Below are positions 1-10,889 of a stretch of DNA of 64,000 bases, in pieces. The notes below the pieces were generated by a model. The model did not search any database, was not told where the DNA came from, and saw nothing but the letters and a program-made list of their open reading frames with translations. The position numbers were made by a program, and so were the translations under genes. This stretch comes from a plasmid: sequence record NZ_CP049260.1. One strand, given 5' to 3'. The number at the start of each line of letters is the position of its first letter. The first letter of the stretch is position 1.

Positions 1-969
1 CTGGATCGTAAAACCGGCGAAGTGGTCACGCTGATGCCGAACCGTAACAACACGGTACAGCCGGTCGCGCTCATGCGCCTTGGCCTGTTTGTCCCGACGC
101 TGAAATCCACCGCCCGTGGCCGTAAAGGGCAGATGTCCTCGATGGATGTGACAGAAGAGCTGAAACAGCTCTCGCTCGTTAAATCTGAAGGCTACGAGAA
201 TATCAAAATCACCGGTGCCCGCCTGGACATGGATAACGACTTCAAAACCTGGGTCGGGATCATCCATGCTTTCGCCAAATACAACGTGCTTGGCGACAGC
301 GTGACGCTGCCGTTTGTGGAGTTCGTGAAGTTGTGCGGTATTCCTTCGGCGCGTTCGTCGGCAAAGCTGCGTAAACGTCTTGATGCCTCGCTGACCCGTA
401 TCGCCACTAATACCATCTCCTTCAGCAATAAAGAAGGGGAGTATTACGTCACGCACCTGGTGCAGTCCGCCAAGTACAGTGCCAAAAAGGATGAAGTGAC
501 GCTGCAGGCCGATCCGAAAATCTTTGAGCTGTACCAGTTCGATAAAAAAGTTCTGCTGCAGCTGCGGGCCATAAATGAGCTTTCGCGTAAGGAATCCGCT
601 CAGGCGCTGTATACGTTTATTGAGAGCCTGCCGCCTAACCCGGCGCCGGTCTCGCTTGCACGCCTACGCGCGCGCCTGAATCTCACCTCCCGCACCATCA
701 CGCAGAACTCCACCGTGCGTAAGGCGATGGAGCAGCTCAAGGAGATTGGCTATCTCGATTACACCGAGATCAAGCGCGGGCGGGTAGTCTACTTTCATAT
801 CCACTACAGAAGGCCAAAACTTCGCCCACAAAGCCTGCCAGGCGCGCTGCCTGCCGGTGACGAGTTGCCGGTAGAAAACAGCGCTGTACCGGAGGAGCAG
901 GGCGAGATGGTAATGCTGACCAAAGAAGAACTGGCGCTGCTGGAAAAAATCCGTAAAGGCCAGATCTGA
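1..969 (+). CDS. repA: RepFIB-family plasmid replication initiator RepA. The reading frame is open from nt 1, so the 5' end probably lies just upstream of the window.
   Basis: The translation is collinear with RepFIB RepA (…[25 protein letters not shown]…FDKKVLLQL…LYTFIESLP…YRRP). The frame is open back to position 1. Iterons lie immediately downstream. Confidence 0.8.
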   Translation: MDRKTGEVVTLMPNRNNTVQPVALMRLGLFVPTLKSTARGRKGQMSSMDVTEELKQLSLVKSEGYENIKITGARLDMDNDFKTWVGIIHAFAKYNVLGDSVTLPFVEFVKLCGIPSARSSAKLRKRLDASLTRIATNTISFSNKEGEYYVTHLVQSAKYSAKKDEVTLQADPKIFELYQFDKKVLLQLRAINELSRKESAQALYTFIESLPPNPAPVSLARLRARLNLTSRTITQNSTVRKAMEQLKEIGYLDYTEIKRGRVVYFHIHYRRPKLRPQSLPGALPAGDELPVENSAVPEEQGEMVMLTKEELALLEKIRKGQI

Positions 970-1105
970 ATATCCACTGTAGTGAGTACGGGATGAGGCA
1001 TTTGTGCTATACCACTCGCTACAGTGGATTATGCTCTCCATAGTGGATGTTACTCTCTTTAGTGGATGTTTATCTCTTCTCTGCTCCCCATAGTGGATAT
1101 CCTGT
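966..1105. repeat. Iteron array for the RepFIB replicon. An inverted pair, ATCCACTGTAG and CTACAGTGGAT (972-982 and 1019-1029), is followed by three direct TAGTGGATgtt repeats at 1041, 1060 and 1091.
   Basis: The AGTGGAT core recurs at 1023, 1042, 1061 and 1092 (19-nt spacing for the first three), plus one inverted copy at 972, directly after the repA stop. Confidence 0.75.
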
Positions 1106-1606
1106 TAATGCCTTCGCAGGATCTTTTAATCATCCTTAACGATCTGGCGATTTCAGCATGAAATTGCTGGTCGAAACACTATAAAAACAGTGGGTTAACG
1201 TTATATACGTATGGCGAAAGGGGAATACTTTCCTATTCGTGATATCAAAGAGGGTAATGTTCGCGTTCACGGTACGAAAGAGTGCCTTTTTATGCTTAGT
1301 GTTATACCTCGCTCATGCGTACTCGCTTTGCTCACCTAAGACGCCCCTCTGTAAACCGCATTTAAAGTCCATTTCAGCATCATTCTTTTTTTAAACGAAA
1401 CTCATTGTGGTTTCCTCTGCCAGTATTATCTGGTTTCGCGCCGGGCCTGCGCTTATTTTTCCTTTATCCAAATTAGTGAACACCCTGCAAAGAATATATC
1501 TTTGTGAAGAAATGTAATTAACTATTACTATAGGAAAAACCTTAAAACCATTCGCGAAATAACATCGTGTTATGGCGCTAACTGATTAATTTTACAGGTC
1601 ACCCGG

Positions 1607-3271
1607 ATGACTGCTCGCGTTTATTATGGATTCTTACTGGCGCTGATATTTCCTTCTGCCTTTGCAGCCCCCCTTTCTCCTGCCGATCGCGATGCCATCC
1701 GTCAGCAACAGGAAGAACTTTTATTACAGGGCCAGCAGCAGCGTGAAGAGTTGCAACGCAGTACGCCGCTGCCCCGCGCTGAAACGCCTGTGATACCTGC
1801 GCCGTCATCCGGCCCGTGTTTTACCATTCGTGCCATTACTTATTCCGGCGCCACGCTGTTAAGTGCGCGTGAGCAGGCGAAATTATCGCACCCCTGGCTC
1901 AATCAGTGCCTCGATATGCCGCGCATCACGCAGCTGGTTAATAGCGTATCGGACTGGTATCTCAGCCGCGGTTATATCACCAGCCGCGCGTTTCTCACCG
2001 AGCAGGATCTCTCGCAGGGCGAATTACAGATTGTCGTGCTGGAAGGAAAGCTGCGTCAGATCCGCCTCGAAAATAAAACGCCGCTGATGCTGAAAATGGC
2101 GTTTCCTGGGCTTGAAGAAAAGATCCTGAACCTGCGCGATATTGAGCAGGGGATGGAGCAGATCAACCGCCTGCGCGCCACTCCGGTACAAATCGATATT
2201 CTGCCGGATAACACGCCCGGCTGGTCGGTGGTTAATCTCACCGCCACGCCAGAGTTTCCGTTACGCGCTACGGTGAGTTTCGATAACAGCGGCCAGAAGA
2301 GTACCGGCACCGGCCAGCTCAATGGTTCGCTCACCGGTAACAACCTGTTCGGGCTTGCCGATCAGTGGTTTGTCAGCGGCGGGCGCAGCAGCGATTTCGC
2401 CACCGCGTACAACGCGCGTAGCCTGCAGGCGGGCGTCAGTATCCCGTGGGGCTACAGCCTGCTGGATTACGACTATAGCTGGAGCGACTACCGCTCGACG
2501 CTTGATAACCAGGGATTCGCATGGATCTCTACCGGCGACAGTGAAACGCACCGCCTTAATCTTTCCCGCGTGGTGTTCCGCAACGGCGATATCAAAAGCG
2601 CGCTCACCGCGGGGGTGACGCGCCGCGAAAGCCACAACTGGCTTAATAATGCCCTGCTTGCCAGCAGCAGCCGCAAGCTCTCCAGCCTGACGCTTGGCGT
2701 TAACCACACCCAGAAAACCGGCGGCGGCGTGGCGACCTTCAACCCGGCCTTTAGCCGCGGCATGCCCTGGTTCGACAGCGAAACCGATGAAACCAAAACC
2801 GGCGACGAACCAAAAGCGCAGTTTCGTAAATGGAGCCTCAGCGCCAGCTTGCAGCGGCCGCTTTTACAGGATTTGTGGTGGCTTTCCAGCGCTTATGGCC
2901 AGTGGTCGCCGGATCGTCTCTATGGCGCTGAACGCCTGACGCTCGGCGGCGAAAGCTCGGTCCGCGGCTTTAAAGAACAATATCTGTCCGGTGATAACGG
3001 CGGCTACTGGCGTAATGAACTCAACTACACGCTCGTCACGCTGCCGGTGCTCGGCCAGATCAGCGCCACGGCGGCGCTGGATGGCGGCTGGCTCGCCAGA
3101 GATAAACTCGACCGCTATGCCTCCGGCACGCTCTGGGGCGCCGCCGTCGGGCTGGGCAGCGCAGGGCGCTGGTTCGGCAGTCAGCTCACCGTTGGCACGC
3201 CATTACAGTACCCGGACTGGCTGGGGCCGGACCATTTCACCGTTAACTACCGCATCGCAATCACGCTTTAA
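1607..3271 (+). CDS. Two-partner secretion outer-membrane transporter TpsB (ShlB/FhaC/CdiB family).
   Basis: 554 aa with a signal peptide, POTRA-like N-terminal region, beta-barrel C-terminus, and a conserved ending typical of the ShlB/FhaC family. A TpsA gene lies immediately downstream. Confidence 0.8.
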   Translation: MTARVYYGFLLALIFPSAFAAPLSPADRDAIRQQQEELLLQGQQQREELQRSTPLPRAETPVIPAPSSGPCFTIRAITYSGATLLSAREQAKLSHPWLNQCLDMPRITQLVNSVSDWYLSRGYITSRAFLTEQDLSQGELQIVVLEGKLRQIRLENKTPLMLKMAFPGLEEKILNLRDIEQGMEQINRLRATPVQIDILPDNTPGWSVVNLTATPEFPLRATVSFDNSGQKSTGTGQLNGSLTGNNLFGLADQWFVSGGRSSDFATAYNARSLQAGVSIPWGYSLLDYDYSWSDYRSTLDNQGFAWISTGDSETHRLNLSRVVFRNGDIKSALTAGVTRRESHNWLNNALLASSSRKLSSLTLGVNHTQKTGGGVATFNPAFSRGMPWFDSETDETKTGDEPKAQFRKWSLSASLQRPLLQDLWWLSSAYGQWSPDRLYGAERLTLGGESSVRGFKEQYLSGDNGGYWRNELNYTLVTLPVLGQISATAALDGGWLARDKLDRYASGTLWGAAVGLGSAGRWFGSQLTVGTPLQYPDWLGPDHFTVNYRIAITL

Positions 3272-3284
3272 GAGGCTTCAGGTC

Positions 3285-4487
3285 ATGGATACCCGTCAAC
3301 CGCCCGTGCGTTTTTCCGCTCGTCTGCTGAGCTACCTCATTATCTCTCTGCTGGTCTGGCAGCCGTTGGCCCCGGCTTTTGCGGCGGCCATGACGCCCAC
3401 AGGCGCCACGTCGATGGATAAAGCAGGCAACGGCGTGCCGGTGGTGAACATCGCCAGGCCCAATGCGGCGGGGATCTCCCATAACCAGTTCAAAGACTAT
3501 AACGTCGGCCAGCAGGGCGTGATCCTGAACAACGCCACCGGGCAGCTGAACAAGACTCAGCTCGGTGGGCTTATCCAGAACAACCCGAACCTGAAAGCGG
3601 GCCAGGAAGCGCGCGGTATCATTAACGAAGTGACGGGCGGCAGCCGTTCGCAGCTCAACGGCTATACCGAAGTGGCGGGTAAAGCCGCGAACGTCATAGT
3701 GGCGAACCCGTATGGCATCACCTGTAACGGCTGCGGCTTTATCAACACGCCGAACGTCACGCTGACCACCGGCAAGCCAGTGCTCGACGCCGCAGGCAAT
3801 CTCTCCGCGCTGGAGGTCACCCGCGGCACCATCACTGTGGAAGGCAAAGGGCTGGACGCCAGCCAGAGCGACGCGCTGTCGATTATCTCCCGCGCCACCG
3901 AAGTGAACGCGGCGATCCACGCACGCGATTTGAACGTGACGGCGGGCGCGAACCGCGTTAACGCAGACGGCAGCCGCACCGCGATGGCCGGTGAAGGCAA
4001 TGCCCCTGTGGTGGCGGTCGATACCGGCGCGCTCGGCGGCATGTACGCCAACCGCATTCGGCTGGTGTCCGGCGATAAGGGAGTGGGCGTTAACCTTGGC
4101 AACCTCAATGCGCGCCAGGGCGATATCACGCTCGACGCCAGCGGCAAACTGAAGGTCAAAAACAGCCTGGCGATCGGCAACCTGACAGCGAAAGGCGACA
4201 ACGTCACGCTCACGGGCGAGCATAAAACCGGCGGTACGCTTGCGGTCAACAGCCGAGGCGAGGTGGCGCTGGATCACGCAGAGCTTGCAAGCGACGGCGC
4301 CATGACGCTTTCCGCAGACGGCACGCTCTCCGCCAGCGCCAGTACGCTCACCAGCGGCCAGAGCCAGGCGCTGAACGGCAAAACCGTCACGCTGGATAAC
4401 AATAGCCGTCTTGACGCAAAACGCGACGTCACACTCACCGGCGGCGCGCTCGCAAGCCAGGCGCAAATCAGCGCGGGCGCAATATAA
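3285..4487 (+). pseudogene. Truncated TpsA (filamentous haemagglutinin / CdiA-like) exoprotein. Only the N-terminal secretion (TPS) domain and some beta-helix repeats remain, about 400 aa.
   Basis: ATG at 3285, 14 nt after the tpsB stop. The product has a long signal sequence, the NPNL/NPNGI TPS-domain motifs and G-rich beta-helical repeats, but stops at 4487. Full-length family members run to thousands of aa. An AT-rich, lower-GC islet follows. Confidence 0.65.
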
Positions 4488-4763
4488 CATCACGCGATTT
4501 TATTAGCCCGCGAATAATAAAGCCACAAAATAAAGTGAAACGCCCGAAGCGTAGCGGTAGCGGGTAAGTGCCATAAGCAAATTCTTTACCGGCAGAAATA
4601 TTGTAAACCTACTACTATCGTCAGCTATTCTAAAATCTTGAGAGATTTTTTGCCGAACCTGCCATATTTCAGAGTCATCTGCAGCGTCGGTTGAATACCT
4701 ATATCTACAGGGATATTCTTTACGCGCATTTTTAATGTGCGTAAAAATTTAATGGAATAATAT

Positions 4764-5702
4764 ATGAATAAGAAACTTATTGTCGTGGCGATGATAGCTG
4801 CTTCCGGCTCGGCGAATGCCGCTTCTTCTGTAACACTGATGCCGGATTTTTCTGCGCAAAGCGTGGCTGTCTCCACATCACTGGGGATGCTGGCAGGGGA
4901 GTCGAAAGAATTTGTATATGACTCCAGTACAGGTCGTAAAATCAGTCAGCTGAACTGGAAAATTAAAAATAATCTCATCCTTAAAGGCGATGTTTCCTGG
5001 GATGCATGGCCTTTCCTGACCCTGAATGCGCGCGGCTGGACAACCCTGAGTTCTGGTAACGGGCATATGGAAGATTATGACTGGCAAAAAGAAGATCAGT
5101 CTCACTGGACCGATCGTTCACGCCATCCTGATACCGATCTGAATTATGCCAATGAATATGATTTAAACCTGAAAGGCTGGGTACTGAAAGGGGATGATTA
5201 TAAAGTCGGCGTTATGGCCGGTTATCAACAAACCCGTTTCAGCTGGACCGCCTATGGCGGCTCCTTTAACTATGCGAATGGCAATGATGTTGGCAGCTTC
5301 CCGAACGGTGCCCGCGGTATCGGTTACCAGCAGAAATACAGCATGCCGTATATTGGCCTGACCGGTCAGTATCGTTATCAGGACTTTGAAGTGAACGCGC
5401 AGTTTAAATTCAGCGACTGGGTGACCGCGAAGGATAACGACGAGCATTATATGCGCGATCTGACGTTCCGTGAAAAAGCTAACGACTCCCGTTACTATGG
5501 CCTCGCCGTTGATGCCGGTTATTATGTGCTCCCGAATACGAAACTTTTCGCTGAGTTCAGCTATAACCGCTATGAGGAAGGGAAAAGCGGTACGCAGATG
5601 ATTAATAACGCGACCGGAACGTCTTTTTCGGATAATGGCGATGCCGCCGGCCTGCAAAACAAAAACTATACAATTACCGCAGGTCTTCAGTACCGTTTCT
5701 GA
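4764..5702 (+). CDS. Omptin-family outer-membrane aspartyl protease (OmpT/PgtE/Pla/OmpP family).
   Basis: 312 aa with a signal peptide and omptin-like sequence throughout, ending in a C-terminal aromatic residue (…LQYRF). Sits in a lower-GC islet. Confidence 0.8.
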   Translation: MNKKLIVVAMIAASGSANAASSVTLMPDFSAQSVAVSTSLGMLAGESKEFVYDSSTGRKISQLNWKIKNNLILKGDVSWDAWPFLTLNARGWTTLSSGNGHMEDYDWQKEDQSHWTDRSRHPDTDLNYANEYDLNLKGWVLKGDDYKVGVMAGYQQTRFSWTAYGGSFNYANGNDVGSFPNGARGIGYQQKYSMPYIGLTGQYRYQDFEVNAQFKFSDWVTAKDNDEHYMRDLTFREKANDSRYYGLAVDAGYYVLPNTKLFAEFSYNRYEEGKSGTQMINNATGTSFSDNGDAAGLQNKNYTITAGLQYRF

Positions 5703-5713
5703 TGCCGTTAATA

Positions 5714-5738
5714 AACCCGCTGCCGGCGGGTTTTTTTC
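5714..5738 (+). terminator. Rho-independent terminator after the omptin gene.
   Basis: AAACCCGCTGCCGGCGGGTTTTTTT: a GC stem followed by a T-run. Confidence 0.7.
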
Positions 5739-5950
5739 ACACATATCCTGTACCGATAACCTCGTCAGCATTTCTTCATCCCTTTCCTCGAGGCTGTTCC
5801 CCGGTAAAACTGCACGCTTCTGAAGAATATCCTCAATCGATATGTGGATCAGAAAGCGAACTTCCATCATGCTATATTTCGTCAGGCGACTGGCGCTGGC
5901 GAAAGGCGATTTTTCTGCCGACAATACTTATTTCAAAAGGATCCATTGAG

Positions 5951-6493
5951 ATGAAACTGAGCGCGTTGTTTATCGCCTCTCTGCTCATGGCGGGCTATGT
6001 CTGTGCCGGCCAGGCTGTTCCCGTGGCGCTGAAAGATGGCCCGAACACGCTGGATATCAATCAGGATGGCGCGAACGATCTGATTTTCAGCGCCACCTAT
6101 GACAATAATACCTCCCACCCCAGCAGCACGCTGACGGTTTATATTCAGAAAGACCACGCCTGGCTGATTGTTCCGGTGCCGGATGACGATGGCTTTACGT
6201 GGAGCGATTTTCGGCTTTCCGCCTCAACCACAAAAATCAGCGGCTATGAACCGTATCAGGTTAATCATATTTTCTATCTGGTCCGGGCGGTGAAAATGGC
6301 AGAGTCTTCAGAAAGTACTGATTTAACCGATGCCACGAAAGTGAAGTTCACGCGCTACCGGATAGCCAGTAATACCGCCGATCCGGGCGTCGCGGCCTTT
6401 TTCTGGCAGCCGTCCGGCAGTTACGTGACGGACGCCGCTTACAGCGATGTGGACGAGGCTTTTCGCACACTGAATATGGATAAATTTCTTTGA
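5951..6493 (+). CDS. Secreted hypothetical protein with a signal peptide.
   Basis: ATG at 5951 (MKLSALFIASLLMAGYVCAGQA…), 180 aa, no family recognised. Confidence 0.45.
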   Translation: MKLSALFIASLLMAGYVCAGQAVPVALKDGPNTLDINQDGANDLIFSATYDNNTSHPSSTLTVYIQKDHAWLIVPVPDDDGFTWSDFRLSASTTKISGYEPYQVNHIFYLVRAVKMAESSESTDLTDATKVKFTRYRIASNTADPGVAAFFWQPSGSYVTDAAYSDVDEAFRTLNMDKFL

Positions 6494-6624
6494 AGCGGCT
6501 GTCTGCTCTGGCCATGCTCCTCATCAGCACGAGCAGTATGGCGTAGCAGGCCGCGCCTTATCGTGCGCTGCTACAGCAGGCGCTCAACGCCCGGTCGCTG
6601 TGTCTTGGCGAAACGGCCTGGCCG

Positions 6625-7029
6625 GTGACAAGCCGCGAGGGCGCTGATGCCTGGCTGCACGCCCGGATGGCAGCGCTGGTGGATGCCGGGCTTGTCGTGA
6701 GCAGGCGCGAAGGCTCTCAAAAAACCTGGGCGCTGACGCCCAAAGGGCGTGCGGAATTTCACCGGCATCACGATTTCTGCTACGGAAAAATGCGCGTCAA
6801 AACGCTGGAGGTTAAGCCGCAGCGCGATGGCATCCAGGCGACCTTCACGTATGATATTCCAGCGCTGCCGCAATGGGCTAAGACGCCCGCTCTGCGTATG
6901 GCGGATTCAGAGCTGGATAATCTCATCAGCGGTATCGATAAGGTGCATTATCAGGCCATTTTTATTCGCGGGGATAATGGCAAACTCCGGCTCGTCCGCG
7001 GGCCAGAACCGCTGGATTTACTTTACTGA
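6625..7029 (+). CDS. Hypothetical protein. The start is uncertain because the frame stays open upstream to 6547 without an ATG.
   Basis: 134-aa ORF in a GC-rich context with no recognisable motif. Confidence 0.3.
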   Translation: MTSREGADAWLHARMAALVDAGLVVSRREGSQKTWALTPKGRAEFHRHHDFCYGKMRVKTLEVKPQRDGIQATFTYDIPALPQWAKTPALRMADSELDNLISGIDKVHYQAIFIRGDNGKLRLVRGPEPLDLLY

Positions 7030-7061
7030 TCGCATAACACGTACTGCACCCGAGACCCGAC

Positions 7062-7757
7062 ATGACCCGGACACAACGGCTTTTAGAACTGCTCCAGCTT
7101 TTGCGATCCTACCGTTACCCGGTGACGGCGATGACGCTCGCGGAACGGCTTGATGTCAGCGTGCGCAGTATTTATCGCGATATCGAGACGCTGAAAATGC
7201 AGGGTGTGGATATCGAAGGCAGCGCGGGGATTGGTTATGTCCTGCAATCCGATTACCACCTACCGCCGCTGATGTTTGATGCGCATGAAGTTGACGCGCT
7301 GATACTCGGCCTGCACTGGGTGATGCGCCATACCGACCCGCAACTGGAAGCCGCGGCCCGTAACGCGGTGGCGAAAATTCACGCCATTCTTCCGGAGAAT
7401 CTCGCGCAGCAGATAAATTCCCCGTCGCTGATGGTGGCACCGACCGGCAATGAAGGTAGCCTTCGGTTTCTGACAGATATTCGCAGCGCAATCCATCAGC
7501 GCAGAAAGCTTGAGCTGGTCTATACCGATAAAGACGGCACGGCGTCATCGCGTCTCGTGTGGCCGATTGCGCTGGGTTTTTTTGACGCGGTCAGGGTACT
7601 GGCGTGCTGGTGCGAGCTGCGCCAGGCGTTCCGCCATTTTCGTATCGACCGGATGCAACAGGTGGCCATTAGCGAGCAGTTGTGTCCGCAATCGCGTTAT
7701 AAGTTGCTGAAAGAGTGGAAAAGCGCGGAAGGTATCGCGCAGGCGAAAAACTACTGA
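7062..7757 (+). CDS. YafY-family transcriptional regulator (N-terminal HTH plus WYL domain).
   Basis: N-terminus MTRTQRLLELLQLLRSYRYPVTAMTLAERLDVSVRSIYRDIETL is the typical DeoR-like HTH of YafY/WYL regulators. 231 aa. Confidence 0.7.
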   Translation: MTRTQRLLELLQLLRSYRYPVTAMTLAERLDVSVRSIYRDIETLKMQGVDIEGSAGIGYVLQSDYHLPPLMFDAHEVDALILGLHWVMRHTDPQLEAAARNAVAKIHAILPENLAQQINSPSLMVAPTGNEGSLRFLTDIRSAIHQRRKLELVYTDKDGTASSRLVWPIALGFFDAVRVLACWCELRQAFRHFRIDRMQQVAISEQLCPQSRYKLLKEWKSAEGIAQAKNY

Positions 7758-7813
7758 CAAAAACTGTCACACCTCGCTGTTACTGTCATGGCTCACTACA
7801 CAAGGAGAGCCAA

Positions 7814-8197
7814 ATGATCACTGCCGATATGTCTATTCTCTATGTTGATAACGTCCTTAAGAGCGCTGAGTTTTATTCCACGCTGCTCGGCTGCGAGCCG
7901 GTTGAGAAACAACCTACGTTCGCGTTATTCGTGCTGGAGAACGGTTTTAAACTGGGGCTGTGGTCATGCTATACGGTTGAGCCGGTCGTGAATCAGCGTG
8001 CGCTAGTGCCATCGGGTGAAATCGTCTTTAAGGTGCAGGCGCGGGACGAGGTCGAACATTTTTATACGCTGTGGTGCATGGAGCGTCACGCGACGGTGAT
8101 CCAGAGCCCGGTCGAGCTTGATTTCGGTTACACCTTCGCGGCGATGGACCCGGACGGCCACCGTTTGCGCGTCTGTTATCTCAATCCGGAAATGTGA
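7814..8197 (+). CDS. VOC-family (glyoxalase / bleomycin-resistance fold) protein.
   Basis: ATG at 7814 preceded by the AAGGAGAG ribosome-binding site. About 127 aa with VOC-like sequence. Adjacent to the YafY regulator, which is a common pairing. Confidence 0.55.
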   Translation: MITADMSILYVDNVLKSAEFYSTLLGCEPVEKQPTFALFVLENGFKLGLWSCYTVEPVVNQRALVPSGEIVFKVQARDEVEHFYTLWCMERHATVIQSPVELDFGYTFAAMDPDGHRLRVCYLNPEM

Positions 8198-8249
8198 CCA
8201 GCAGTGAGGAAAACTGGTCAGCGCCAGTTTTCCTGCATTAGCGCCCCTG

Positions 8250-9140
8250 TCAGAAAAAAGTTCTGCCGAGCGGGATAATATCGCACCACTGTTTTTTATA
8301 GCTCCAGAATGCTTTATAGATCCCGAGCGAAAAACGCATCGTCTTATTTTCTCTGGCGCATAGTGCACGGGCGTTGCTTGTATTCAGCCATAACAAAATG
8401 CTGCCCAGATTGAGGGTGGTGTACTGCGGATCGTAGCCGCCATTGATATCATCGAAATAGATCCACTCAGGGTTGTTGCACATAAAAATAATATCGAACG
8501 CGCAGGGCCTGTCATGCAGAAACAGTACGCTGCCAAAAATCAGGTGCCGCAGCGCATCAAAGGTGCGCACCAGATCTTCATATTTAAAGCAGTAAATTTT
8601 TCCCTGCCAGCGCAGGGTGAAAAGCTCGATATATATCGCGGCTAACTCTTCTGAGGAAAAATGGCTCGCGTCACGCACCACACCACCCATGGCGCAGAAT
8701 TTCTCAAACTCCTTGCGGCGCTTTTTCTCCGACGTTTTCGAGATGCTCTCTTTGATATACGCAACCTTATGCTTAAGTCGCCCGGAGAAAAGCGCATTCA
8801 CAAACGCGCCTTTATGGTGGGGTGAAAGGCGTTTATTGGTGACCGGCAGATAGCCGCGTTTACCGGCGCGCAGGGGAAATAACACATCATCAAAGACAAC
8901 AGGAAAATGCCGGTGCTGCAGGCTGCACTTTCCATTGACGGAAAAGCAGGCACCTGTATCTTCATTACCGTCTCTGAGCGCGAAATAACGCAGCGTCAGA
9001 TTTTGCTCACGACTTAAAAAATGCAGCACATCAGGATGACAGCAAATCGAACCGCCGAACTGATGGTATATCCGCGCGTAATGGGCCGCGTCACAGGGTT
9101 GCCAGCCTGTCAGGTTTCCGATGACGTTTTTGAACTGCAT
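8250..9140 (-). CDS. Mig-14-family protein (antimicrobial-peptide-resistance associated; FemAB/GNAT-like fold).
   Basis: 296 aa with lower GC than its neighbours. Size and sequence are reminiscent of Salmonella Mig-14. Assignment is by recollection only. Confidence 0.45.
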   Translation of the reverse strand: MQFKNVIGNLTGWQPCDAAHYARIYHQFGGSICCHPDVLHFLSREQNLTLRYFALRDGNEDTGACFSVNGKCSLQHRHFPVVFDDVLFPLRAGKRGYLPVTNKRLSPHHKGAFVNALFSGRLKHKVAYIKESISKTSEKKRRKEFEKFCAMGGVVRDASHFSSEELAAIYIELFTLRWQGKIYCFKYEDLVRTFDALRHLIFGSVLFLHDRPCAFDIIFMCNNPEWIYFDDINGGYDPQYTTLNLGSILLWLNTSNARALCARENKTMRFSLGIYKAFWSYKKQWCDIIPLGRTFF

Positions 9141-9301
9141 AGTGCCGCACCTGTATAAAATTGCTGTGAAAATGCGTTAAACATGACTTTAAATAGACAG
9201 TCAGGCAGAAAATATCCGCCATTGTCCTCTCGCCAGGTTAAGAGAACATTAAGCACACGCGCAGCGTCACCTGTGTCTGGTGTGCGGTTGTGCAAGCGCC
9301 C

Positions 9302-10072
9302 TCAGAAGGTGTATGTCACTGCCAGCGCGGTGGTCGTCTGGTTACGTGTATGCACAATCGGGCTGTTGTCGGCTTTATCAGCAAGCCAGGTGTAACCGGC
9401 GCTGAGGGTCGCGCCCCAGTGCGCATCAAACTGGTGGCTCCAGCTCAGGTTATTGCTGACGCCATAAAACCCGCCGCTGGTGCGGTAAGGCGTATAACCA
9501 GAGCGCGCGCTCTGCTGTGCATCGACCCCGTAAAAAGTATTGAGGTAGCGGCTGTCGCCGAAGAGGGCTGCCGACTCCAGTGCCAGCGTGTCGGCCTCGC
9601 TCTGGAAGGGCACCAGTGTGAACGATGTCTGATACAGCACGCCCTGGCTGTCGGTGAGCGGCAGTGTTGCCTGGCCTTCCAGCGTCAGCCACGGCGTGAC
9701 CGACCAGCCGAGCGCGAGGCGGGTATTCAGCGCGGTTTTGATGTTGCCCATGCCTTTAAGCGAATTCGCACCCTCGCGCCAGGCGCTGTTTTTCTCCCCG
9801 CGCCCCAGGCTCACGCCCAGTGAATGTTCAAACCACAGCCCGTTGTCGGTTTGCAGATCGTATCCGAGCCCCTTTTCCGTATCGAAAAAGAACGCGCCGT
9901 GCCTCGCCTGCACGACGGGAACTCCAGACCACGTATTATGATTGTCACCGCTGTAGCGGGGCGCATACTCCGCGGCTGCGCCCACCGTCAGGCTGTCCGG
10001 CGGAGGCTCCTGTGCGATGGCAATACCTGGCAACAGGATGAGCATGGACAGCGCCCGGTTTCGTATTATCAT
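9302..10072 (-). CDS. mipA: MipA/OmpV-family outer-membrane protein.
   Basis: ATG at 10072 with a GGAGAC ribosome-binding site. Has a signal peptide, beta-barrel pattern and a C-terminal …YTF. Divergent from the two-component operon. Confidence 0.7.
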   Translation of the reverse strand: MIIRNRALSMLILLPGIAIAQEPPPDSLTVGAAAEYAPRYSGDNHNTWSGVPVVQARHGAFFFDTEKGLGYDLQTDNGLWFEHSLGVSLGRGEKNSAWREGANSLKGMGNIKTALNTRLALGWSVTPWLTLEGQATLPLTDSQGVLYQTSFTLVPFQSEADTLALESAALFGDSRYLNTFYGVDAQQSARSGYTPYRTSGGFYGVSNNLSWSHQFDAHWGATLSAGYTWLADKADNSPIVHTRNQTTTALAVTYTF

Positions 10073-10196
10073 CGTGTCTCCTTTTGGACGAGAGAATGTA
10101 TGGCTGAACGGCTGGCTACCGTGTTCGACGCGCATTCTGGGCCACTCATATCAATGAACGGTCAGGAAACTGTTAAGAAACTGTCAAGGTGAACAG

Positions 10197-10889
10197 ATGA
10201 CAACCAAAAGGGTACTTGTGATTGAGGATGACGCCGATGCCGCCAGCGTACTGGAGGCCTATCTGCGGCGTGAAAATTACGACGTGGCGATCGCGGGAGA
10301 TGGTCGCAGCGGGCTTGAAAAAGCGCAACGCTGGAAACCGGATCTGGTGCTGCTGGATGTGATGCTGCCTGTCATGAACGGCACCGAAGTGCTGGCGACC
10401 CTGCGGCGCAGCAGCGATGTTCCGGTGATCATGGTGACGGCCATGGGCGATACGCCCGATCGCATCGGCGCGCTGCGCTACGGGGCCGATGATTATGTGG
10501 TGAAGCCTTATCATCCTGGCGAAGTGGTCGCGCGCGTGCAGGCGGTGCTGCGTCGGAGTTGCAAAGCACCGGTGCAGGACGAAATACTGCGCTGGGAGAC
10601 GCTCACCGTGGATACAGTCGCTATCACCGCGACGACAGACCGGGACGGCGTGACCACATACCTTGAGCTCACTCCCACCGAATTTTCTTTGCTTACCGAG
10701 CTGATGCGCCATCCCACGCGTCCTTTTTCCCGTCAGTACCTGCTTGAGCGCTGCCTGCCGGAGAGCGAGGCGCTGGAGCGCGTTGTCGACACGCACATCT
10801 ATAACCTGCGCAGAAAGCTTGAGAATAGCGGCCTGCGCGGGGTGCTGGTCAATGTGCGCGGCATCGGTTACCGGTTTCGCCAGCCATGA
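10197..10889 (+). CDS. OmpR-family two-component response regulator.
   Basis: Receiver domain (VLVIEDD…LLDVMLP) plus a winged-helix C-terminus. Overlaps the kinase gene by 4 nt. Confidence 0.85.
   Translation: MTTKRVLVIEDDADAASVLEAYLRRENYDVAIAGDGRSGLEKAQRWKPDLVLLDVMLPVMNGTEVLATLRRSSDVPVIMVTAMGDTPDRIGALRYGADDYVVKPYHPGEVVARVQAVLRRSCKAPVQDEILRWETLTVDTVAITATTDRDGVTTYLELTPTEFSLLTELMRHPTRPFSRQYLLERCLPESEALERVVDTHIYNLRRKLENSGLRGVLVNVRGIGYRFRQP

Noticed and set aside
3261-4493. 410-aa antisense ORF spanning the whole tpsA fragment, and similar long antisense ORFs at 10868-11980, 12301-13113, 26854-27828, 36403-37206, 39636-40979 and 52406-53425.
   Set aside because: These are shadow ORFs in high-GC coding DNA, opposite genes with clear family identity. 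Their products have Arg/Ala/Gly-rich junk composition and no motifs.
6494-6625. Possible longer N-terminus for the 6625-7029 ORF, since the frame is open back to 6547.
   Set aside because: No in-frame ATG, GTG or TTG with a ribosome-binding site in that stretch. I kept the GTG at 6625 and flagged low confidence.
8198-8250. Inverted repeat GAAAACTGG…CCAGTTTTC between the convergent VOC and mig-14-like genes.
   Set aside because: The stem is present, but there is no adjoining U-run on either strand. It may be a weak or Rho-dependent stop, so I did not call it as a terminator.
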